From Octopus sinensis (taxonomy: Eukaryota): a DNA stretch of 64,000 nucleotides. Below the pieces are notes generated by a model, which saw nothing but the letters and a program-made list of their open reading frames with translations, made no database searches and had not been told where the DNA came from. The position numbers were made by a program, and so were the translations under genes. The DNA is taken from positions 11,098,001-11,162,000 of the forward strand of contig NC_043006.1 of the NCBI RefSeq assembly GCF_006345805.1. Direction: 5' to 3'. Of the stretch, positions 54,704-64,000 are shown one piece after another (position 1 is the first letter of the stretch; every line of letters starts with the position of its first letter).

Positions 54704-54785
54704 GTAGGTAGGTAGGTAGGTAGGTAGGTAGGTAGGTAGGTAGGTAGGTAGGTAGGTAGGTAGGTACATACATATATACATGCAT

Positions 54786-54827
<42 letters not shown>

Positions 54828-54946
54828 TCACGCAGGCACACACACGCATATATATATATATATAAACATATGTATGGATATGTATATATGTGTGTGTGTT
54901 TGTGTGTGTGTGTGTGTGCGTGTGTGTGTGTGTGGTGTGTGTGTGT

Positions 54947-54982
<36 letters not shown>

Positions 54983-56865
54983 TGTGTAATAGATAAGTAA
55001 TAAACTGGTTGATATGATTGCAAGAGAAGAAGATTAATAGATCAGTGCTTGGGGAAACGATTCTACTGTTTGGTCCATAGCAGCGTCTATTGTTAGTAGC
55101 TATTTCACTTCATTTACATTGCTAATGCCTTTAGTATCAAAATTATTATAATATGGTTGGTCTCCTAAGAATTCATTTCGCAGCTTAGCAATAGTAATAT
55201 TAATGGTGATTTATTACGGTAGTCTATGTTTAATGTGTATATTTGTATATAATCTCAAAAGACTGGCATATTGAAAGACATCACTCAATATCTACAAAAG
55301 GATACCGGAATTCATGACCGAGAACCTAGTAGTTAGGAGGCCTTATATATTTTCCCGTGTTTCTTTAATATTCTTCATCACACTGTTTCCGTTGCATTTC
55401 ATTTTTCTTTTCTCAACATAGCAAGGAGGGAGTCGGCAAGCATTGCAAGATTTTGCTAGAAATAGTACTCATCTGTCCTCAAAAACTACATATTACCATC
55501 TTGTAAAGGCGTATGCTGTATAATGTCAACTTCGATTCACTTTGCCTTGGTAAAAAGACCAGATGGTCACAGTCAGAATATCTCTGATAATTATAGATCT
55601 TAATTACGGGCTTAATGATAAAGACAACTACAACTTCTACTAGTACTACTATTTATCGTATGCTAGTCCATACAGGTTACAGTGACTGATAGAAAAACTG
55701 TTATCTCATCCATAGGGTATATTTTCAACTCTGTACTATATTGTTTCGTACCAGCCATTTCTTTGGAGTTTTTTTCTGTTTCTTGCTTTTTCTTTAGTGT
55801 GCAAGAATTAAGGATAAAATTTTCAATATAAGTGTGATGCACTATAGAAGCCGGCGTGTACGCAGAGTCGTTAGAACATCGAAAAATTCCAAACATGATT
55901 TCCATTGGTTCTTTATATTCAAAACCTATCGAGGCCAGCTTTGTCTTTCATACTTTCAGGGTGGATAAATATAGTACAACACTAGTATTGGGATACATTT
56001 CCCTTCCCTCATCTTTCTCGATTGTATCCGTAATTAGAAGTTCTAGTCTCGTCAGGTTGTGTCACTCTCATTCGACCAGAGAATTACGTTAAGGCTATTC
56101 ATATCTGTTGCATACGCAGTCATTTAATATGCTAATTACATGGTCGAACAACTGGATGCTAATCGTCGAGACTGACGGAGAATCCGGATATACGATAGAG
56201 ACTTCAGGAAGCTAGTTCTAAGAATCACTGACATTAATAACGATAACATTCTCAGCTAGAGCTCATTTGTAAATAAATTATTCATGCTTTCATTGAAGGA
56301 TTTGTGCAAACAAGCGCTTGTACAGATATGAGGTTTTATTCTTCTTGGGTTGCTAAAATAAAGTACCAGTCTTCTATTGAGGGCTGGTGTTTTTGGCTAA
56401 ACTTTTGCAATCAAACTTGCTAGCCTTGAGCCCAAATTAGAAAACATTATGTATCCCAAAGCCAGCTATAGTTAAGCAAAACCATGACCAAAAGCTGTTC
56501 ATCCGTGACTGTCCCAACTATTTTATACCAGTGACATCACTGAAAAATGTATCTTTCTTTTTCAAGACAGCAGATTGTGAATTGAGATGGGGTCTTTCTA
56601 CTTCTAGCCGATCAAGTGATCTCGTCGAGACTCACCACAACTTATTGTGAGCTGAAAGTTATCGTTGGTCTCCTTGTTGGTTTACGTTCGTTCCTTCAAA
56701 TGTAGTTTCCAATTTTGTGACAATGCCACGATAACTATTACAGCATCCAGTCTATATATATATATATATATATATATCTATATATATATATATACCGGAG
56801 TAAGCACATAAATGTGAAACAAGGTGGAAAAAAGAGTACTCAAATACCAGTGGTAGAGTAATATG

Positions 56866-57023
56866 CTTTATTTAAAGCAGCAAAATATTCAACAAAACCT
56901 GTTACTCTGAGTTTCCCGTTGCCGTTCATCGGACAGTTTTTGCTAGCAAAAACTGTCCGATGAACGGCAACGGGAAACTCAGAGTAACAGGTTTTGTTGA
57001 ATTTTCTGCTGCTTTAAATAAAG
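56866..57023. repeat. 158-bp near-perfect palindrome, each arm a minimal hammerhead motif
   Basis: Centre TTTTTGCT|AGCAAAAA; plus-strand motif 56953-56990 CTGT-CCGATGA-ACGGCAACGG-GAAACTCAGAGTA-ACAG. Confidence 0.9.
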
Positions 57024-57099
57024 TATATATATATATTATATATATATATATATATATAATATATATATATATATGTATATATATATGTATATATATATG

Positions 57100-57144
<45 letters not shown>

Positions 57145-57156
57145 TATATATATATA

Positions 57157-57196
<40 letters not shown>

Positions 57197-57258
57197 TACT
57201 GTTCTGTGATGGTAAGATCAACAAAACTATATTCCATCTGGTGAGAGATAGATATTAT

Positions 57259-57532
57259 TTAATAAGCACAATACATGTTTTTATATGCTACTATTAGTTT
57301 CGTGTGATGAGAGCATGCCAGACAGTATTTTTAAACACGTTTGGTGTCCTAGCACAATCATCAGGTACTGCCCACATGGCACAACTAACTTTAAATCTTT
57401 AGTTCGCTATGCCATATGGGCAGTACCTGATGATTGTGTTAGGACACTTAACGTGTTTAAAAATACTGTTTTGCATGCTCTCAGCACATGGAACTAATAG
57501 TAGTACATGAAAACATATATTGTGTTTATTAA
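57259..57532. repeat. Inverted repeat (~122-bp arms) with divergent hammerhead motifs
   Basis: Minus motif 57285-57368 (CTGATGA...GAAACTAATAGTA); plus motif 57423-57506 (GGAAC variant, perfect GTAC/GTAC stem I). Confidence 0.85.
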
Positions 57533-58285
57533 GTTGTGTGTGAGTGCGTGAGTATCAGCTTACAGCTTTAACAGAGAGATTGAACAATGAAGAGAGAGAG
57601 AGAGAACAATGAAGAGAGAGAGAGAGAAAGAGAGAGAACTAAGTGAGGTGAGTGCGCTTTGCAGTCGTCCCTGAATGTTACAAATTATTTGAATATTTAA
57701 CAAAATCAAGGGATAAATATATCCCGGTCAACTTTAAGATCCCTGAATCAAGACAAAACGGTACCATTCGCGGACTAACGAAAGGCCTTGCAAATCCCCG
57801 ATTTACTCCCTAAGATTAGAAGAAACTCGAACAATTTAAAATGACAATCTGCGTAAATATATTTACAACATAAATGTGTGTGTGTGTGTATGTGTGTGTG
57901 TAATTCGTTTCTCTGTTTCAATTATAGATAAACACACACACGTACACGGCGTATGCATAGGTGCTTGTGTGTTGCTTTCGTATATTTTGTAGAACAACGA
58001 GATACGTATACATATACTGCTCAATACGAAACACTTGTGCGCGTAAAAAGTGTTTAGAGTTTGATGAAGGTTAATTCGTGTGTAGAGTAAACAAAATTAC
58101 TTATTCGATGGGGGTGAAATCGTGGTTTGAATATGCAATCTTGTTTGCATTGCATATACACATATAGGCAAGTATGGAGATACACACATATTTATACACG
58201 CACACACGTGCACAGAAGACATTGTGTATCTAAATAATAGAGACCCATGCGTATACATGTATGTGTATGTTTGTATACATATATA

Positions 58286-58341
<56 letters not shown>

Positions 58342-58350
58342 TGTAATATA

Positions 58351-58400
<50 letters not shown>

Positions 58401-58914
58401 AATATGTATACACGTATATAAATGTATATGTTTAATATACATATATATGTACATTTATAGATATATTTATGATATACATACACACACATATATATTGATA
58501 TAGATAGAGAGAGGGAGAGAGAGAAAGGGAGACAAACAGACAAGTAAGCATGTAGGTAGGCGAATAGATAGAGGGAGATTAATAAGATAGATTAGTGTTT
58601 TTCTCTATTTGTCTTTGCACCATACAGATTGTCTCAAATATACCATTCTTAGTTTGATGCCATCAGTTATTCAAACAGCTATAAATTACACCAAATGAGG
58701 AAAGCTATCAAAAGCCATGTATGAAAAAATATTATGCAAAGCTTCACTTGTTCAATATTATTTATCATGCAAGTGATTTTTATGCCATGGCTCTGCTTCC
58801 TGTTTTTAACCTTGTTCTTCATCCCAAGAACATACAGCCACTTCGTCTTAATCACTGAAGGTCCTTAAACATAAGCAGTCATTTTTTTTTCAAACCTACA
58901 CATACACAGGGTCA

Positions 58915-59130
58915 TACGAGGAGGTGCTCAAAAGTTCCTGGTTTGGAGTAAAAAAGAAAAAAAGAAATATAGGGGGTTCAGTTAATTATGATTTTATTCA
59001 ACATATTCCCCTCTCAGACTCACACACTTATTGCAGCAGTCCTTCAGTTTTTCTAAGCCCTGTAAAAAGAACTCGAGCGGCTGGGCCTCCACACTAGCCT
59101 TTCGCGATACTCTTTAAGCCAGTACGTATA
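58915..59130 (+). mobile_element. Tc1/mariner-derived fragment
   Basis: Starts TACGAGGAGGTGCTCAAAAGTTCCTGG, a mariner-like TIR from recall; second TIR not seen. Confidence 0.55.
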
Positions 59131-59697
59131 GAATATATTTTAAGTACACTCAATGTACTGAAATGGGTTTTTTATCCCCTTTGATACTTTGCTCTGTTAA
59201 TATGTTTTAACTGTTAAGGAAATAGCTATTGTTGAGTAATTTATGATCCTCTTTATCTAGTTTAAATCACATTCGATAAACGATCTTTGTAGCATATTGA
59301 AATGAAATTTATCATCCCCACATGGCTATTGTTATGCCACGTTAAATTACGATAGTTTAGCGATCAATAAATTTTGTCATATCAATAGTTATCGCTTGCT
59401 CCATGAGCAAAGCATTGATCATTCTTTGGCCCTTTTGGATCACAATAAAAATTGTAGCTTGACTGTGAAATGCTAAATTAACGAGAAATCGATAATGAAT
59501 TTGAGAGACGTCATTGTACACAGAATGAAGTTTCGTACGCGGTCCGAGATTATATATATATATGGTGTAGTCCCAGCTTAACATATAAATATGAATGCAT
59601 GTATATTAAAATTTGCAAGCCACGAGTTTAGAGAGATATATTATGCTGGCGGATGCCGTGGTTGCTCGCAGTTATGTTCCAGCTTGTGGCTAACCAC

Positions 59698-59930
59698 ATC
59701 GGCGAGCTGGTAGAACCGTTAGCACGCCGGACGAAATGCGTGGTCGTATTTCGTCTGCCGTTACGTTCTGAGTTCAAATTCCGCCGAGGTCGACTTTGCT
59801 TTTCATCCTTTCGGAGTCGATAAATTAAGTATCAGTTACGTACTGGGGTTGATGTAATCGACTTAATCCATTTGTCTGTCCTTGTTTGTCCCCTCTGTGT
59901 TTAGCCCCTTGTAGGTAGTAAAGAAATAGG
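59698..59930 (+). mobile_element. SINE family B, head plus one unit ending in the spacer
   Basis: Matches family B. Confidence 0.88.
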
Positions 59931-60265
59931 TTAGTATTTAACGTTTATGAATACTTGGAGTTATCACTCACATGGTAAATTCCTCTGATGGGTAATTCCG
60001 AGTTCGTTTCACAGGAGGGTAATATAATCTGGAGTGTATAATGTCAATAATTATAACGATAGAAAATTATGCCTGGTTGCATATGCACCTGCTCATATTC
60101 TGTGCAGCAGAAACCCGTGTAGGTTGTAACCATAAACATATTCCCTATCATTATAATATGTGTGTATGTTTACGTGTCTTTGTGCGTGTGTGCATATATA
60201 TATATATATAAATATATATAAATCAATAAATGGTGGGGTTGTGTTGACCGCACGTGGAGAAATCA

Positions 60266-60490
60266 TAGGCGAGGAAATATTATAAGAAGGCAGAATACTA
60301 AATTGAAGGTAAATTTTAATAAAAGTGGGTGTATGGAAAATTTTTTAAAATATTTTTTTAAATATTATATAAAAAATATAAAAAAATATATTTTAAAATA
60401 TAAATATTTTTTTAATTTTCCATACACCCACTTTTATTAAAATTTACCTTCAATTTAGCATTCTGCCTTTTTATAATTTTTCATCGCCTA
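60266..60490. repeat. Inverted repeat, ~77-bp arms and AT-only spacer
   Basis: TAGGCGAGG...GTATGGAAAATT pairs with AATTTTCCATAC...TCATCGCCTA. Confidence 0.88.
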
Positions 60491-60503
60491 TACACACACA
60501 CAC

Positions 60504-60540
<37 letters not shown>

Positions 60541-60558
60541 ATATATATATTATATATA

Positions 60559-60601
<43 letters not shown>

Positions 60602-61757
60602 CAATGGAAAAAGGCTTATACAAGTGGAGACATGAGAAGGCCCTTTTAGAAATTGCCTAGGGACTGATCTGCAAAGAGTGTAGGCTAGTAAATACCAGCC
60701 ACCACCACCAAAAGGTATCAAATTCCTTAAGCATGGTGAGCAAATTCTCAAAACAAAAGCAGTAGTAGGGGACTCGCTTTCTATTTTACATTCAGCCTTA
60801 GATTGACTAAAGGGCGAAACTGTTATGATCCTGAGATACCTGTTGACGATATAATAGGGTTTCCGACACTGTAATGAATTTACAAGAGCCCCTTCTCCAG
60901 TTTACGCATGATGTTTATTCCACGTATAGGCGCCGGCGTAGTTATAGGGTAAGAAGCTAGCTTCCCAACCACTTGGTTCCGAGTTCAGTCCTTACACAAA
61001 TGGCTTCTTCAATATATATATATATATAGAAGAAAAAGTTAGAGGAAAGCAGCTCGAATGGGAAACTAGGCAAGAAGGTCCCTGAATAAGGGTTGTTTAA
61101 GGATGTTTCCAGAGGTGAATTATCCAAATCCCAAATTATTCCTCTCAACACATGGCTATGATGTTCGACTAAAAAGATCTACAAGGCGGTGCCCCAGCAT
61201 GGCCGTAGTCTAATGACCAAAACTAGTAAAATATAAAAGATAAATTATGTCTGCCTGCAGCTTTTTTTTCTCAAAATCCATCTTTTACTAGTATTTGACA
61301 AAGATCGCGCACGGGTTATTGAATACTATCACTAGATACCTTATTGTAGTAATAATAAGACGTTTGGCATAGCATTACAATAATTTTCTCCTTGAACTAT
61401 TAAAGTACTAAAGTACAATTAGCGTATTCATTACTAAAAGCACTTTAGCCCCAAAATGTCAAGAAAAAAGGCAACTGAAGTCCAAACGATATAAGACTCG
61501 TAGATTTGAACAAATGGCGATGATGATTACTACCACTTGTGAGTATAAAGTGACATTTTTAAGGGTTATCGTTTAAGCTAAACGCAAATTGAGTTTTGCA
61601 TGAGGACATCCATTTTAGGGCCAGAGTATACAATTATAGCTTTCATAACAATAGTATTTTGGATGAAGTCCTTTGGTGTAGGAATTTAAACCTGTGGACA
61701 TAGATTCTACTTGGAAGAAACTTCCTGATGACTCTTCAATATAACAAGTATGCCAGT

Positions 61758-62065
61758 GTGGAGGCACATGGCCTAGTGGTTAGAGCAGCGGTCTCGCGGT
61801 CGAGGGGTCGCGGGTTCGAATCTCAGACCGGACGATGTGTGTGTTTATGAGCGAAACACCTAAGCTCCACGCGGCTCCGGCAGAAGGTAATGGTGAAACT
61901 TCTGCTGACTCTTTCGCCACAACTTTCTCTCAGTCTTTCCTCCTGCATCTTGCAGCTCCCATGCGACGGACCGGTATCCCGTCCAGGTGGGGAACCTATA
62001 CGCCAAGAAACCCGGGAAACCGGCCCTTATGAGCCAGCCATTGCTCGAGAAGGAACAAACAAACG
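61758..62065 (+). mobile_element. SINE family C, tail type 2
   Basis: 11-bp TSD AGTATGCCAGT at 61747-61757 and 62066-62076. Confidence 0.92.
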
Positions 62066-62894
62066 AGTATGCCAGTAAAAAATTTTATTTTCGAAAATAT
62101 TGCAATTTGGACTGATATCAAACAAAAAAGATTGCATTCAATCAGTCTTGCTATTGTAGTCGAAGGAAGAGATTTACAGTTAAGTTGGTGATAAGCGGAT
62201 CTTCTTGGCAATAAAACTAGATTCCTGTGTTACGTTCTTGCCTATTGCTGCTCGAATATAATAAGTAAGTAAATTGGTTTTGTAAACCAGAGAAATTCCA
62301 AGATTTTTACTTTTCTCTTCAGAATACAATGCGAAGCAATTTGAGGAAAGAATTTCTTCCTAAAAGAATTATTGTACTTGAATACTTCATTGTTGGTTCA
62401 TTTTCATTTTTCGCTATCGTTTCTCGCTGTTCGCTGAGATGGCTTTTGTCATTTTAGATCTTCATTTGATGAAGGTTTTAGCTTAATATCGGTGAGTCTC
62501 TCTCTATCTACATCGTTTCAATGATTAAGGAATGAAAGTCAGGAAAAAAAAATACATTCATAGACATACAAAGATACGGATGCACACACGCACACAGAAA
62601 CACACACTCACACACACAAAGTAATACGAAGAATTCAGAAGATAATAAATAAGGTGTTATAATGAACTCCGAAATTTAATCACCTTAAAATTTGTTATAA
62701 AGTAAAACTGGAGCTTTCTAATAACCACGGACAATAAACATACATACATGTGCCCTCAGACCCATATATACTCTCAACAAATATAGATACACCTATTCAT
62801 ATACTTCTAGGTGCGTTACCACCAACAATTATCTGGATAGAAAAAAGCAGGAAATTATTATTATTATTGATGTTGTTGTTGTTGTTGTCGTCGT

Positions 62895-63128
62895 TGAGTG
62901 AGTGAGTGAGTGAGAGAGCAATGCATGCCATTAAAGTGACACAGGGGTAAAATATACGAAGCCCAGTATACCTATCATGACTACCTGTCTGATAAGAGTA
63001 CACCAAGCACATGCCTCACAATCATATGTGCGCGACATGGTAATCTCATATCAAGATAAACAGCGCATGACCTTGCAAGTGGGGCCAAGTTGGAATTTTC
63101 TTTAGGTCGAGTAGCCCATTTCTGCTCA
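62895..63128. mobile_element. Family E repeat, partial, fused to a Dong-type ORF
   Basis: Aligns with 46069-46290. Confidence 0.8.
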
Positions 63129-64000
63129 TATCCCAGAGTAGGTTGCTTTCTTATTTTCTGTGACCTTTCTCTGGTGCGTGCCTATACCATCTTTTTTTCT
63201 GTTGTTATTCCAGTGTTGGCATAGTTCCCAGTGAATATAGGTCCCAACTCTGTCATGTCTGGGAATATATTCCTTCTTAGTCAGGACTGGGCAGCCAGAG
63301 ACAATATGATTTATTGTTCTATCTCCATTTACACATATTCTGCAGTCACTTGTATTTCTTTTCATTACATGTTTTTGGTAATTTCTGGTGGGGAGGCTTT
63401 GATCTTTTGCTGTAATTAAAAACCCTTGAGTCTCTGCTTTGAGTCCTGGGCTTCTCAGTCATTGTTGGGATTTTGCTTTGTCTATTACTTTTCTGTTTAG
63501 CTTAACCTAGAATATGACATGAAGGGGCTTTTCTTGCCATCGTTTTATCATGATCCATTGCTGTTTTAGTTTGGATTTCAGTTGTTTTACAGCTTTTGTT
63601 GTTCCTTCTTTTTCTTCACAGTTGTTAGGTACTATGAATATCTTAGTACCTAACAACTATGACTTCTTTTTTGTATTCGTTAGCTTCCTTAAAGACTGAA
63701 AACAGCTTTCAGTTCCGATCGTGATTTGTCACTATCTGTATTAGTTTTCCTTGCTTCTGAAGTAGGTATTTCAGCAGTTCTGTAGGGGTCATTTTGTAAT
63801 AGTTTTCTAGCTATATAAGGCCTTTACTAACTTCGACACTTTGTATATATAATCTTTCTATGTCAGATTTTGGATTGTGCATCCTAAATCCTGTCATTAT
63901 TTTTCTTGTTTTCCTGTCTAGTTTGATTAGTTCCTTTAGTTAAGAATATTGTAGCTGCAACTTATAACTGAGACGAGTAGAGTTTTGATACCTATTATCT
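63126..64000 (-). pseudogene. R4/Dong-type LINE fragment (post-RT region and CCHC zinc knuckle), continues beyond the window
   Basis: ELIKLDRKTRKIMT...PKSDIERLY; LKAETQGFL...DQSLPTRNY; CRIC...TINHIVSGCPVLTKKEYIPRHDRVG; stops present. Confidence 0.88.

Overview
AT-rich, microsatellite-dense animal genomic DNA. The repeat content matches, from recall, octopus/coleoid cephalopod sequence; the species is not provable here. The window lies inside the introns of one + strand gene, a Cys-loop GABA-gated chloride channel beta-like subunit (Drosophila Lcch3 / Lymnaea GABA-A beta type). Only two coding exons are visible: 25425-25648 and the 83-bp Cys-loop exon 42620-42702. The rest is mobile DNA: four tRNA-derived SINE families (labelled A-D here), one unclassified 560-bp repeat (E), two non-autonomous Helitrons, four R4/Dong-type LINE fragments, two Penelope-like (PLE) fragments and small DNA-transposon remnants. 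The most striking unannotated signal is about 15 type I hammerhead-ribozyme-like motifs with short palindromic stem III. Two look intact on the gene's sense strand (39462-39552 with GUC, 17815-17875 with GUA). Several others sit as divergent inverted pairs or palindromes next to (TA)n tracts. Nearly all ORFs in the supplied track are microsatellite artefacts. All structures were read by eye; no folding or database search was run.
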